In this document: positions 39,801-54,800 of the stretch, piece after piece | Position numbering within the stretch: position 1 is the first letter of the stretch | Layout: every line of letters starts with the position of its first letter | NCBI GenBank assembly: GCA_964270895.1 | Contig: OZ185435.1 | Reading direction: 5' to 3' (one strand) | Source of the DNA: Podarcis filfolensis | Taxonomy: Eukaryota | DNA: 64,000 nt | Notes under the pieces: generated by a model | What the model saw: only the letters and a program-made list of their open reading frames with translations | Told to the model about the DNA's origin: nothing | Database searches by the model: none | Made by a program: the position numbers and the translations under genes

Positions 39801-42800
39801 AGAATCCTGGGAATTGTAATTTGTTAATGGTGTTGGGAATCGTAGCTCTGAAAAGTATAAACTAGTTCTCAGATTTCTTTGGAAAAACAAATGTCATTTA
39901 AATGTATGGTGCATATGCAGCCTTATATTTGCAAGAACAACCTTATATCTGCAAGAACAGAACAAAAACATGGTGGTAGCATTTGGTCATGCAGGAGCAA
40001 GGCCTACCTAGGGGCTGGTGAAATCGCAGACCAAGCAGGGGGACAAAAATCACCCCAGAAATCTGTCTCCGGTTATCTATGTAAGGTCATGAGTTCAGAT
40101 AAAAGCTGGGAGCTGAGCAGTAGGAGAAATGGCAAGGCGGTACGAAGGTAGACCACTGTAGACTCTGGTGTGCATGGCGTATGTGTGTGGCAATGCGGTG
40201 ATGCAGGAGAAGCTTTCCATCCTTCTTGCACCACGACACAAAGACTTGCAATTTTTTGCCCTTCCTCCTCGCCTCACCCTCACTCTAGATGCATCGGGTA
40301 CTTGGGTCATGTAAAATGTAGTAATTTCCAATGTGACTATTGCAGTAAAGTTATTTTGGGGAGCGGGGGGGTTGGAACAGGACACTGGTACAGCTCCTTG
40401 CCAATGGCGCAAGGGACGCTAGGTACGCCTCTGTGCAAGAGCTCTTTTAGAACTTTCGTGCATAAGTATGAATAAGAATAATGAATTTCAATGGCAGAAG
40501 CTCCACACAAGCCGCTCTTACCATTGAAGTGAATGAAGAAGCCTGTACATATGTCACCAGTGTCACAGAGGTCTGAACCTGGCCATACACTAGTGTAAGA
40601 AGGCAGCTAGATTGAGACCTTCAGAGGCCCTAAGCCAGGCATAGGCAAAGTCGACCCTCCAGATGTTAGCTAAGGATGCTGGGAGTTGTAGTCCCAAAAC
40701 ATCTGGAGGGCTGAGTTTGCCCTCAGCCACTAAGTCGCAGTCAAACAAGTATAGTTGCAATTTTCAGAACAGCGGAGGACTGTTAGGAATTGACAGCACA
40801 GTGAAAGGCTAATGATATGGGGGGGGGGGTTGCAGCACATTCACAGTCACCTAGAAAGAGTTGCTAAACGCTAGTAGGGCTGGTGGGGAGATTTAATCAA
40901 ACGGTTCCTCGTAATGCACGCTGAAGCAAAGTATTTTGCCACTTGGATAGTAATTTCATTAATAGAGTCTGACAAAAGGAGGGAGGTATAAAAATTATCA
41001 GGTCTGCCTGGAAATTTAATTAATATAGGTGAAATCTATAAAAGAGCGAATGCTCTAAAAATATGAGGAGTACAGTAGCACACACTGAACTGTTTCAATA
41101 CCCAAGTGACAAAAACAGACATCTTGATTATAAGAGATGGACCAAAGTAAAGACTCTGCAATTTTCAGGAATTTCTAATGTATAGTCAGCTGGAACTATG
41201 TTTCTGCTACAGTTTCCAACTGTAGACCATGGCCTGAGTTTTGTCCTTGTGGAGGGGCTACGTTTTAGATTTGTTGTTTAACTGTGTATTTAACTCTCAG
41301 AGGCCCCAAGTTTGATAGAGCTGAAGGGGTGATTCAACATCAGTAACAAAAAGAGAACAGAAAAATGGGGGAAGAGTGTGCCGTGGGGTGTAAGGAAGTC
41401 TAACCAAGTTCTGATTTTTCGCATGGTGACTATTTTGAAATATCAAATAATTATTTAACAAATTTTGTGTGTGTGTGTGCACGTCCCTGCTTTGCTGGTG
41501 CCCTAAACATAAGCTTAGTCTGCCTACTGAGTAATTCTCCACTGGCAAGAAGCTGCTGAGGCTAGAACTGGGAGCTTTCAGTTCTATGTTCTATATGGTA
41601 AATATCAGAATTGCACCTTCATAGAATGGTAGAGTTGGAATGGACCCCGAAGTCATCTCTTCCAACCCCCCTCAGAAATGGTTCTGAATATTTAGTATTC
41701 TCAAACTATAAGCTGGCCCTCCTGGACATGAACGGCTATAAGAGGCTTCGTGTTTGGCCCAGAAACTTGCTGGAGCAACAAATTTCTGGTTCTCAGGTCA
41801 ATCTTGACAGCTATATTAATATGAACATGCAGAACTTTATAAACAATATTCAGGTGTCTTGCCTCTATATTGCTTGCTTGATCTGCATGCACAGCAGGGC
41901 TTACTAATGTGGTACTCTGGGTACCAGTGAGCCTATCAGTACCTCCTATGGAACCTGCTAAAGGTCTCAGTATATGGGATATCCCCTCAAAAATCTATTA
42001 TGCACAAGTGATTGCTTGCTCTTTCTGCTCAGTTTAGTCTGCATTGGTTCGGTGTCTCATACATCAAACATCTCCCCTCTAACATGCCCACCTTTCATTA
42101 GATACCAGGATTGGACACCCACTCTCCCCCCAGTTCTGAACAGAGAAGAGGGGAAAGAACTGCACTCTCTGAGCAAGTGCAGTGGTGGCTGATGTAGCTG
42201 CCTTTTCCCATTGATGATAGGGCTGAAGTTGTGGTCCTGTCTCTTTTCCTGGTCTTTTAGATGTGGCAACCAGTATGTCACACACATAAAGCAGTTTTTT
42301 TTGTATCACACCACCATGACCCTTCCCAGCAGCCATTTTGTGACTGGTGCCCATGGCACTTTCTCAAAATTACCATTGGCCCCCAAAGCCTGGCAACCCC
42401 TTGATAAACTGGAATCCAGTGAAGTTACATGAGGTTATGTTGAGTTCTCCCTTGCTCAAGGGGGCTAGTGAGAATGGGAGGGGAGGAGGCCTCTCAGTGA
42501 GACGTTTTTGAGAGGGGTGAAAAACATTTTGATAGGAAACACCACAGAGTCCTCTGGGTACAACACAGAGCACAGTCTCTAGCAGTGTTTTCAACCTGTG
42601 AGTCCCCAGGTGTTGTTGGACTACAACTCCCATCATTCCTAGCCAGCATGACCAGTGGTCAGGGATGATGGGAGTTGTAGTCCAACAATATCTGGGGACC
42701 CACAGGTTGAGAACCACTGCTCTAGAGGCTTCTGTGTAGACAAGCAAATCAAGCCGCCATTACATGATTTTTTCTGCCCGCAAGCAAAATACTTCACCGT

Positions 42801-45800
42801 AGTTAAATTCACAGAGCTGGGTTCAAATACATGGATTTCTCACCCACCCACACTCCTTATAGCGAAATACTGGTTTTAGCAGCCATTATAGCGATTGTAA
42901 AGATGCATTAGAATTGTAGCAATTATGAATTGAATGAAATATTAGTATAGTTTTAATTAAGAAACTAAAATCTCTTACCAATTTTCTTTGAGGATTTAAA
43001 ACCTAAATGTCAAAGAAAAAAGAAACAAAACAGAAAATAACATCCTCACTAACATATTTAATACAGACAAGTGGACAATAAATGGTGTTTCTTCAATACT
43101 TTCAGGAAGGATTTTAAAAAATATAATCTGTGGGAAACAGCATGCCGTTTTCTTTCCAATTGCTACCATTTGCTAGTTCCAATGTGATTCATGTGGATTT
43201 TGATATCAGTCTTGCAAGCAGAAGATTTCATAATTGCTATAAATGCAGGAATCTATACCCACTGCAGGATTCATATTTTACAGTGTTCTCAGGGGACAGT
43301 TTACTCAGGGGACTACTACATAGTTCAATGGATCTTTTCCAGATTAAATGCTTTGAAGATGGAGGACAAACATTGATCCTAAACATCTGCAATCAGTTAA
43401 GTATCTTTAAAACCATATTTAATGCTGTTTGCAATGCAAGCTTTGTAAGTCTACATTAGTGCAAAATATAGTACGTTCCACATATATTTTTTTAAGATGG
43501 AGCTGCAAGTTTAAGATCAAGCCATTCACTGATAATCAGATAGCAAGAAATTTTTTAAAATGACTGATTTCACACATTAGTTAACAATACAGTATACAAC
43601 ATTCAAAACTCAGGAAGAGCAGTAAGCAAGCAAAAAATAAATCACAAAATGCTGGGAATTAATATCCAGTTCTCATTAACTATAGCTGGTACACTATTAA
43701 TCACAAAGCCTACAGTTTCAATATGAAAAATGAGACTCTTAGGGGGTGCTCTTTAGCTTAGGACCTTAGCAAAGACAGAGAAAAAGGAGGGTGCCTAAAG
43801 AACAAAGAATCATCAGCACTGTGGACCACCACACCTTAACATCCAGTTATGCCTAATTAAGGCATCCTATCAGATCTGGGGGAATTGAAAGCCACACTGA
43901 AAACAAAACAAAAAAGGGCTATTTGCTATGGATACAAATCCAGGTACATGAATACAAACCACTGTACCCCATTTTCTTAATGTACTATGAAAATAAGCCA
44001 ATGATTGCAACGATTCAAGAGACTGAACAAATATTGAGCTTAGTGATGAATGGATAGCTTTATAGAGCAGAGAAATGTGTATAAACAAAGAGAGGAAACA
44101 CAGCTAGAGAGAATAGATGCATGGAGGGTTGTTATTTGCAGGGCATTAAAAAAAAAGAGTGGCTTGCAATACTGCATATTCTGTGGCAGCATATCTCCAT
44201 GGGAGAAATGGCAGTTATACAGTAGATCTCTCATCAGGAAACATTTCTCACCATTTCTCTTTCTTCCCTCCTCTTTTGTCACTTTCTGCTGTGCCATTAC
44301 TTTCTGTGGAGAGCTTCTGCCTGACTTGGGCTTTCCTGATTCGTTGCTGATGACAGAACCGTTCTCACTAGGCGACCTGCTGCAAGTAACCATAGCAACA
44401 AGGAAGATTGTAAGTTTCTCCTGCATATTTCTCATTTCAAGGTTATTGCATTAGCTTGGTTTGCATCGCTGACTTCTCAAGCCTGATTCTTATACAAAAA
44501 GAAAGATAAAAATGTTGCAATAAAGAAACACAATAAAATCAAGGAGGCATCCACAGTACATTTTCATAACAGCTCAGAATTTAGAAAGATTTCTATGCAT
44601 TCACAATTGAATGCATCTCCTTTGCAAACTCACCGAGATAAAGGGAAATATTGCAAAGGACAAAAAGTCACTTTCCCCCCTATACAGAGGCCGTTAAAGC
44701 ATTCTGACCGCACAACTCTTTCTCCTTGCACCCTTTCAGAAATATGGCTGCACTCTCATTCTGTTCGTCATGTATGGAGTCTGTATGCAGCTGTGTTTAT
44801 AACTGCATAGTAAAAGAAATTGCTTTGCAATAAAAATTGTTTTATAGGCTCTGTATGAGGAGGAAAAAACCTTTTTTAGCCTCTGCAAGATTGTCTTGTA
44901 TCACTGGACATTTAAAAAGAAGAGATATTCAATTGTGAATGCATATTCTCAATACAATTTTGCACACTTTCATGCACAGAATCAAAGTGCTGTAGAGTTG
45001 GAAGGGATCCCAAGGGTCATCTAGTTCACCCCCTGCAATGCAGGAACCGCAGCTAAAGACCTGTATGCATATACTGTATGGGTTAGTTTTGTGCACACAT
45101 GTTTTTGAACAATAAAGCTGACAACAGAATATAGCAACCAACCCCTTCTAATCTAACCCACAAGCATCCACAGGAAAAACAAAAACAAAAAACCCTTCCC
45201 CCTTCCTTGTCCACAGAAGAAACACAGTAAACAATAAACACAAAAGAAAAGGAGGGTGGCAATAAGTCACAGCTGGTGTGTCTCTCCCCTTCCTAGTTTT
45301 GTAGAAAATTAGACTCCTCAAGTTTTGTAAGGCTGTTAGGGAGAGCTTCAAGTTACCATATCTATGTCTTTTAAGTGTGATGTGAGATGCAGTTCTAAGT
45401 GTTTTAGCAAAAGGCTTAGGTGATAAATGATAAGGATGCTATTTTTAAAGGGAAACTTGGTAGTACTATTACAAATGCATTTTGTAATATGAGATAGATT
45501 CCCTTAGTAGTATTGATATCAGAAGAAAGGAAGCAAATCAACGACTCCTTTATTGTAATGAGTTCTGGTAATCTACTGTCAAGTCAAGGAGCAATCACTG
45601 TCAGAGCATAAGACAAGGGCATTTTCAAATAAATATAAGACAAGTTTATCTTTATAATTACAGAATCTTTGGTCTGACAGAAAGTAAACAATTTCTACAG
45701 CTGTTAGGTAGCCTGAAGTCTGTGGTTAGAACTGATGCAGTAATTATCTGCAACACCTCCAAGGCATCATGGGACTGATTCAGCCGCATACCAGAACTTT

Positions 45801-48800
45801 AGGTCTGCACATTTAAGGAGGATTAAAGTGCTCTGTTGCCCCAGCAGAACTACTTCACTAATTAAAAAAACCCTGTCTGTTTCAGTTGGAAAGTGACAGG
45901 TAAATGCATTGAAAAGGTGTGGATTAATGGCTATCGGGAGGAAATGTAAACACCACACAAACAAATCAAGATGAATGCTCGCTGTAGTGTAACTGCCCCT
46001 CAAAAAATGCAGAATGAATGTGTAATAAAGAGTGGATATAATCTAACCTCTGTGTAAGCTTTGTGCAAGCAAATCAGGATAAATGTTCAATAAGCAGGTT
46101 CTCTGGAGGGGCTCCATTTAGCTTAGCAAAACTCTCTCTTAAGATGCTTTTAAGTCTCTATTTTCTGCAGTCTCTCCCCCCCTGCCCCACTTTAAGTCCT
46201 CACCCTTAACTGAAATAAATCAGAAGTTTGAGTAGAGAAACTATCTGGGCATAAAGCAGTAAATAAATTCATAATACTTCTGCACATTCTCTGTATGTTA
46301 CACTTGCACCTCCTTCCCTTGAGATGCTGAAACTGAGTTTGCAAGATCCTCAGGAAATTTTGGTGACATTACTATTGTAAATTGCCATGATGAAATAAAA
46401 ACAAATCAAATCTCTTACATCTCTATTGCGGAAACTATGTTATCTCCAAATATTCATCTTTCTGACAATGCAGAGAAGCCTGAGGTGACTGAAGACAAGT
46501 CTGGCATCTGAGGAGGAAAATCCAAAGAATGTCTCCAATGATAAAGGTGGATCTAGGAGAACTCACAAACTGTGGGAGGAATTCAATGTCACGCCGAGGC
46601 GATTGTTCCTTCAGGGCAAGTATTTTGGCTTAAAAGTAAGGTTATTCCCCTCCCCTTGCCCACAACGGTGCACTGCTCCAGGGGTTCTTCTGTCCCCTCC
46701 CCCCAGAGCCACTCTCAGGAGGCACCAGGGGAAGAGAGGAAGAACGTTGCATTGTGCAAGCAGAAGTCCCTGTACAGGGCTTTTGCTGACAGGACTCACT
46801 AGTTGAATCCCAACCTGTGAAGCTGTTCCATTAGAGGATAGAGCAATTCCATGTCCCTGGGCTAATGAACCACATCCATCTTATTTGACTTAAGTTTCAG
46901 TTTATCATTTGAACTAAGCAAACAAACAATTGCGAACAAAAAAATTGAGCAAGGCAGCTAAGTGGTTATATAAAATGGAAGGCCACCTAACAAAATGTAG
47001 AAAGTCACCTTTTGTTCACCAATATCCCTCGAACAAGAAGAACTTGCAAAAATATATTATAATAGTAATATTTTCTGTAGGAAGCCTAGCTAATCAATAA
47101 ATATAGTAGTCCATCATCCTGGCTCCAATATCTCTACACACACACATGAGAAAGACCATTATATAGGCACTGTAATGGTTGTAAATTCCAAAGTAGGTTC
47201 GAATTAAGACTGACCAGGGTGTTCCTTCTGCTGTTAATACTTACCTCTTTCTTGTGTCATTGGACTTTGCAATTTTAGCAGTGCTTCCATCCTGAATAAT
47301 TTCCCTCTCCTGAGAGGCAGGAGCATCTCTCACTGGAAGCGGCAGTACTACAGTCTCTTGGGTTACAGGCAAAACCTCATCTTCAGCTCCCTGTTGGCCC
47401 AAATGTTGCTTGGCATAGTCAAATCCTTGGACTGGCTGCAGGTACAGAAAACAAAGGAGTTCTGAATCAGATATACATTTAATACATTTTTAATTGTACA
47501 ATTCAAGATTTAGCCAGAGATGCACATTGTATGTACCTAAGAGTGAAGGGAAAACTACTCATATTTATTAATGCTTTTGTGGAAACACAATTAATCAGAA
47601 AGTATCTGCATTCGTTTTTAAGTATTTTACTGTTGAGTCTAAACTACATGCCTTCTTTAGAACTCCTTTTTGTGACTCTGAAAGCATCATCCATGTTTTG
47701 GCACTTGTTACAAACCCATGTGTCTCATCCCAATACTATTCTTCTTGGTGGCATTTCCTTCTTTCTTCTTTGGCTCTGGTGACCCATGTAGTTTTGTTTA
47801 CAGGCATCCATGACATGGATAATCATGGATGATAAGGTGGCTGCAACAGCCAACAGAATTAAATAGCAGTGTAGGCCAATTAAGCTGTGAGGTCAATGGA
47901 GGAAGAACATTGCACCAAGAATTTGCAGCAGCTTAGAGTAAAAAAGGGGGCTTCAAACTACAGAGAAACAATGTTTAGAATGGCACTATTTTTAAGCAGA
48001 CAAATGATTATTGGAATCAAATCCATAAGAGAGAGAGAGAGAATGAATCAGAATATGGGAAAGAAGAAAGAAACAGAAAATGTACCAGCTTAATGTCTGC
48101 TTCACAAGTCATATCAGGTCAACAGGAGTTTTTTATTTAAAAAAAAAAAAGTCCAAAGTTTCTTAGACAGACACAGCAATCCCCCAAAGATATAAGATGG
48201 AAATGCAGCGGGAGATACTCTGACCTTGATGAAATCAGTGTCTTCTTCAAACACAGTTGCTTATATCACCCAGAACAAAATGGTTTTGAAATATTAAGCT
48301 GTACCCTTGTGTTACTCCAAAATATAAAGGAACAAATGTGACATTAAATGGCATGCCAAAACAATAAAGTCATGTTTCAAGCCTTTTGTATTAGCAACTT
48401 GCTGGAACATATCCATTTTTAAACTTTACAGATGGGCTGAAATTGTCTACTATGCAGAGCACCACCTGCTTTGTGTAAACATTAGCTCCACTTTTGTAAC
48501 TTGTGACGATCAATTACATTCAACTGATGCATACAACATTTCACAGGTATACCATCTCTAAACTTACATATGTTGTATTTTATACATACATACATACATA
48601 CATACATACATACATACATACTTGAATTCTGACTGAGTGGGGTCACTTCAAGGTACTTTGAAATGACTGAATCAGAGCAGCCATAAATGCTGGAAGAAGA
48701 GAATATAGATACTTAGCCTGAGGCCTTATGGCTGCCATGGGTCTGCCCTTCTGCCTTTCTGCTAGGGATAGAGGGCAGCATAGATGGCTCATAGTAGAGA

Positions 48801-51800
48801 CATAAAATGGATTAATTTCAGATTGGTCCAGAATATGGAGGGTTTCAGTCCCATCTGAAATGGCTTCAGGAGGCAGACCTATGACATTAGATATTCAAAT
48901 CTTATTTCCAATTTTGGACTGTCCTCCATCACCAATGTGAAACCCTATTACAATGTTTCACATAAACCGAGCTAGATGAACATTCCAGTGACACTTCTGT
49001 TGTCAGAGCCATTTGAAGGAAAAGCTCCAGTTCCATCTTAGGGGAAATTGTTAAAACACGTAGAGGGCAATGAGGACAACACTTGATGAATCCGTTGTGA
49101 CATTTTGACTGAAACAATCAATAAGCAGAGCTATTTTAGAGTCAAACCTGTCAAGTGTCTTTTCATTCCTATCACAAATCACAGGTTTCCAATGAACCTG
49201 AATATTCTATAAAAACAAAAACAAAAGACCCTGGGTACAGCATGGGCATTCAGGAGGCACATTCAATGGCAAGCCAAAATTCTCCCGGGGGGGGGGGGGG
49301 GAGAGCGATAGATTTTTCTTTCTCAAAATGAAGTAAGACACTGAAAAATAACTACAGGGGAAAGTTTCTCACCTTCTTTCAATTTTTAATGCACAGAACA
49401 TTTTTTATACAAATTAAAGGTTTTTAAATTCAACTGTCAGAAAGCAATCAATATGTTGCCAACTGTGCAATGAAACCCTTTATCCTTATTTTTTAGCCTC
49501 TCTAATTTTTGCAGTGAAACATGTCTCTCCAGTATTGGTCTCTACAGCCACAGCAGGCGCTGTAACCCTCCAACGGTTTGGCTTCACCCACAAAGGCGCA
49601 CTCCTCGAGACTGACAGGTGTCAACAATAATGTTAAAAGTAGATTGCCCCTCCCCCAATGACATAATTGTGTTGAGAATGTCTTCAATTCTAGCTCACAG
49701 ACTCCTGTTTGCAGAGTGTAGGGATTCTCAACACTAGACATCACGTTGCATATTGAGATTTGCCAGGAGAGAAGGAGATCCTCACAGGGTAGCTGCTTTC
49801 AGTGCCACTATGCATCCTCCATATCATATACTTTCACACTATATTCTGGACTGTGAGGATTATTATTTTTTAAAATAATAATAATATAATAATCTGACAT
49901 AAAAGTAAGGAGGGCAAGCTTCTGACACTGAGAAACTCCTGAATAATAAAGGACTTCACATTAGAGACCTAATTAGGCTGGAGCTTCAATCTACTTCTGT
50001 GGTTTACTTGGCAAAACTGTTTATTCCATTCTGGCAACAGCTACGCAGGAATACAGTAATGGGGAGGAAATGTGTGAACTCCAGAAATAAACCACAAAAA
50101 TAATTTCAGCATTGTAATGTGCCCACCAGTTCGAAATTTCGTATCACAATAGAGAACTGAAGCTGACTGAATACTGTCAGATGAACAGTTCTGTGAACAT
50201 AAAAGTATGCAAATGCTCTTGCAATGGAACTCTACAGAAATGTACTCATTTAATTACATTAACAGCAACATTTAAGCCAACAGGCACACATTATCTGTCA
50301 TAAGAGCACAGGGTACAGGGTACATACACCTGACATTCCTTGCCCTTCAGATATAAAATCACTGTCTCTAAAATCATGCCATGAATTAAAATGAACAGAG
50401 ATTTAACACAGATAGCCTCTACATCAAAACATAAAATAATGTAGCTGAAATCCAACACATTCAATAGTCAACCCTTGCAATGTATTTCAGTTTCTATCAG
50501 GCAAAAAACCCTCATAAGTTTAACAAGGACAGCTGCCCTTATTTTGGAGAGCATGCTTATGTGCATTCGTTCACTTCTTCTGCCAAAAACCTCACTTTCC
50601 CCACTTTTCTTTTTGGTTGAACTCAGTTGACACAAATGTCTGTAAGTGTAGTACAGACCATCCTTATTGTTAAAGCAATCAAGGATGACAAAAGGATTTA
50701 AGAACTCTCAAGATCCTAGACTTGATCTTTTCCGAGTACATTCAATTTGCCCAGCTTCCTTTAAAGAGCTGTCCTTAACAGGACGGCCTGGGTGGCACAC
50801 CAAATCTCTTCCCTCACCTGCTGCATATTGTAACATTTAATGCCAAAGGATTCATTACCCCTCTATCCTTTCAATAATTCGCTTAGTTCCATTCACAAAG
50901 GGAGAGTTCTAAAAGGTGGTCCAGCAGGCAGCCCTTCTGTGCAAAGAGCTGCAGTGCACAGGAGTCTCTTAGCAGCAGCAGGACTGCAGCACTGATTATG
51001 CAGTTCCACTCTCCTTGTTCCCCCTTGATATGTGAAATCAAAGCAAGCAGAGCAGAGCAAATAAAATAGAAACACTCCACAAGAATAAAAGCAGCAAGCC
51101 AAGAAGGTTCCTTTTCAGAAGGCTTGAAACGCTATATTTTGCAGAGCAAAGGCTCACAAATTACCCTCAGCAGCAGCAGTCCTAATCAATAGATTTTAAA
51201 TATACACAGATTATAACGTCATTTCATAAGCATAATTTTAATAAACAAACCACTTCAGCCATATTCACAGAACAGATTTTTCATCCAGAAGGTTTGCAGT
51301 GCTCAAGTAGTTTCAGGCATTTTTGCAACTAGAGAAACAACACACAGTCTATTTAAATACACTCAGCACATATTACTGGCAACTATTTGCATTGCCAAGA
51401 TTTTACGCTTAATAATTTGCTAGCAATTACGATTACTGTTATGCCTGACAGACCAAAACTCCAGGCAGGCTAAAATGAAAACAAAATGTTCTTCTAATTT
51501 CATTAATCAAACATTTAACACTAGAGCACATAAATCAAAAACAGGAAGGACCTTTATCCTCTTATCCCTGTGCACAAATGTTCCTTTAATTATACTATCC
51601 AAATTTTATATTCATGGCAAGAGCCTTTACTAACCCACAGAATTCCAAACTGTACAGATGCTGGCCAGAGTAATGAAGTAAAGAGCAAACTAGATGTAAG
51701 CCAGGATATGTACCCAGAGGATCATCTGCTGTTTTTCAAGAGCAAACTTTAGCTGCAGGGAAGAGGCGATTGTTTGGAGGGGGACCATGGTGCTGAGAGA

Positions 51801-54800
51801 GGAGAAAAGAAGGTTCCCAAAGCTGAATCTGAAGACTCCAGATAACATTCAAGGCCATACGAGCACTTCTTGTTGCTGGCAAGACATCTTCAACTTCACC
51901 AAGTAAACTCAAACACATTCCAACACTGACTGTGGAATGCTCTCCTTAGAGAGGCTCACTTGGTGCCAACACTGTAGTTTTTCTGTTGCGTTGCCAGGCC
52001 TTTTAGGAAAGTGCTTCAGTGCTCCGTAGATTTATGTGTGTGTGCATGTGCATATGTGGGGTTTATACCTTTTGCACTGCTGTTTCATCTGTCATTGTAT
52101 TTTTATTCCGGCTTTACCGTTCATATTTCATAAGTATGCATTATTTTCTATTTTTATAGGTACTGAGAACTACCCAGAGAATTTCTGTCATTGGACAATT
52201 TGGAAATTCAATAAATAGATACATTCAAATAAATAAGTAAACAAACAAACCATAGGCAGATGTTTCATGAAAGCTTATCTGTCATCAAGGATCTTCTCAA
52301 TGACAAGCCCCCAAGAACCATCCAGGAAACAATAAGCTTTCCTAGAACACAACAACTGCAATCTATTTTCAGACTCAGGTGAGGTAGCACCACTTGAGGC
52401 AGAAACTTGCTGCTTCCTATGAACTTTCAACCTCCAGTTTCAGTTCAGCCAAATGGAGGTAAAAAATCTTGAGGATTTCCCTGTTGTTTGCTTCACTATC
52501 CTACTTGTGAATCTGTCATACAAAAAAGCACGTAGCTCAGATTTTTGACTCCCATCATATTTCTGGCCTCTTCAAAAGAAAAATAAATAAATTGTGACAC
52601 CTGGGTGGGCTATCCATTTGTGCTATTTCTGCATTTAAACTATATAAAAGTGATATGATATTATTATCAAAATCAGGAAAGAGACAAACTATTAATGTAC
52701 ACAGTCCACCCGCAACTTAGGCTCATTTAGCTTGTGTGAATTCAGCTTTATGCACTTGGCTGAAAAAAATAAAAAGGGGAGCAGGCATCCAGCGGGGGAT
52801 ATCAGCAATCCTACTTGCTATTGCACTCACCTTGAGCATGTATTCAAAAGTGCAGTGAGTGTGTGTTTTGACTATGCACCATTTTGGCTTTATGCACTAT
52901 CCTTGAAACATAACCATTGTGTAAGATAAGAGTTGAATGTACTGTTTATTTTTATTTTTTTATTTCATAAAATTTTAATAAGGTTTCTATATTTTTCTTA
53001 AATGATTGTCTTGCTTTCCCTTTTAGATGTGACTAGTACCTAGTATCTAGAATAAAAACTTCTACAAAACTTAGAAGTAGTGATTGATATTGATCAGGAT
53101 ATTTTATTCACCACTTTGACCTGGTAGAGCTAGATCGTTTCTTTCTTTCTTTGGCATGCAGGCACAACTGGTGACTATCTATTATCTCATTTGAACCATG
53201 CTGTTCTATTATGGTCATGAGGCACTAGTAAGTTAATAGAGTGTTTCAAACACCTGATAATGGCCTTTTTAGACTCCCTGGCAAAAAGAACTGAATAGCA
53301 GCAGTTATCAGGAAGCATATTGCTGTGAATCACATATTCTATTCTGTACTTCCTTATAACCCTCTTCCCAATAATGTCTGCTCAACCTGTATGGTTGAAA
53401 AAAGAGGGTTTTTTTTAAAGGTTATTCTGAAGACACATTAAGCAGCTAGTACTTCCTCTGTTTCACAGGGACTTACACTATAAAAATTGCTTTGCACTTG
53501 GGCGGGAGCCTATAAATGGGAACAGCTTCATTCTGTCTCTGAGCACAGAGTATTTATTGTCTTACTGGTTTAAAATCTGTCCAAAGAGAGCACAATCTTG
53601 TTCTTCAAGTACAGAATGATGGAGAATGTAACACTGAAGAAGAAATTCCCATTCCTGAGCCTGGGATGAAAATTACTTACTTTGGCTCTCTGTGGCAGGT
53701 TCATCATGGTGTCCCCCTTGAAGTCATTTTTGTTCTTCCTGCACAGAACTGCCGTGATAATGATGATGATGACTGTAACCACAGCAATGGGAGCCAACAC
53801 TGCGGCAATGATCCATAGGTTGTTGGGTGGGTTTTTCACCACAGCTGTATATAATAAAGAAGGAGAGAAAGTAAACTTATAAAGCAATCTTATAATGAGT
53901 CAGACCAGCAAGTCCAGTACTGTTTGCTCTTGGCAGGAGCTCTCAGAAAGTCTCACGTAGGCAGATATTTTCCCCAACTATTCAAGCATGTGAATTGTGC
54001 TCTACCACAACCTATGGAGGACAACCATTACTATCAGCTATGGTGAAAAAGGGTGCAGAGAGTGACTTGTGCTTATTACGGGAGAAATATCAGAGCAATG
54101 CCACTTAGGGGAAAGCTAGAATTCAGTGGTAAATCACATATTCTGCAGGCAAAGGTTTCATTTGGCAAGCCCCTGCCAATCACTTTTGATAATATTGAAT
54201 TCAATGGACAAATTGTCCAGCTTGGTATAAGTAGCTTCCAATGTCCCACTTCACCCTAGATAATAAGTGGGTTATTTAAGCTGTAGCTCTAATTCTTATC
54301 AGTTATGGCAGAGGTTACCTTTCCCACTCCACCATGCACCATACAAGCACTTAAAAACTACTATTGAATGCCCTGCTTTCTTCCATAACAATCAAGCAAT
54401 AATATTTATAAATGAATGATTAGTAAAATAACACTTAAGTAACTAGAAGTTGGGAAGAGGTGCAGGTCTATTTCCATCTGGAGCAATACTTAAAATCAAT
54501 AATGTAATATTAATATTTCCAGAATTAGCCAAAAGATGTCGTAATCACTGTAAATAATTAAGAATTTATATAATATCCAATATTTGAACAGTTTGATGGA
54601 AATTGTTTTTTTAATTTTCACTTTATTTGTGAATAATCTGTGTAATTTCAGCCATGACAAAGCTGAATATGAAAAATTAATATTTAAACCTCAATCCACA
54701 AGGTATCTGCTCTAGAGAAGAAATGATAAGTGATCTTTTTAACATTCTTTTGGACATTGCCAGAGACTGCACATTAGGCAAATAACCAATTTAATAAATG

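Noticed and set aside
42092-42134. 43-nt pseudo-exon with a good pyrimidine tract and AAG|gtgggc donor
   Set aside because: Frameshifting with a moderate donor; such pairs are frequent in 12-kb introns.
51777-51797. REST/RE1-like site CTCAGCACCATGGTCC
   Set aside because: Only the left half matches; the GGACAG half has key mismatches.
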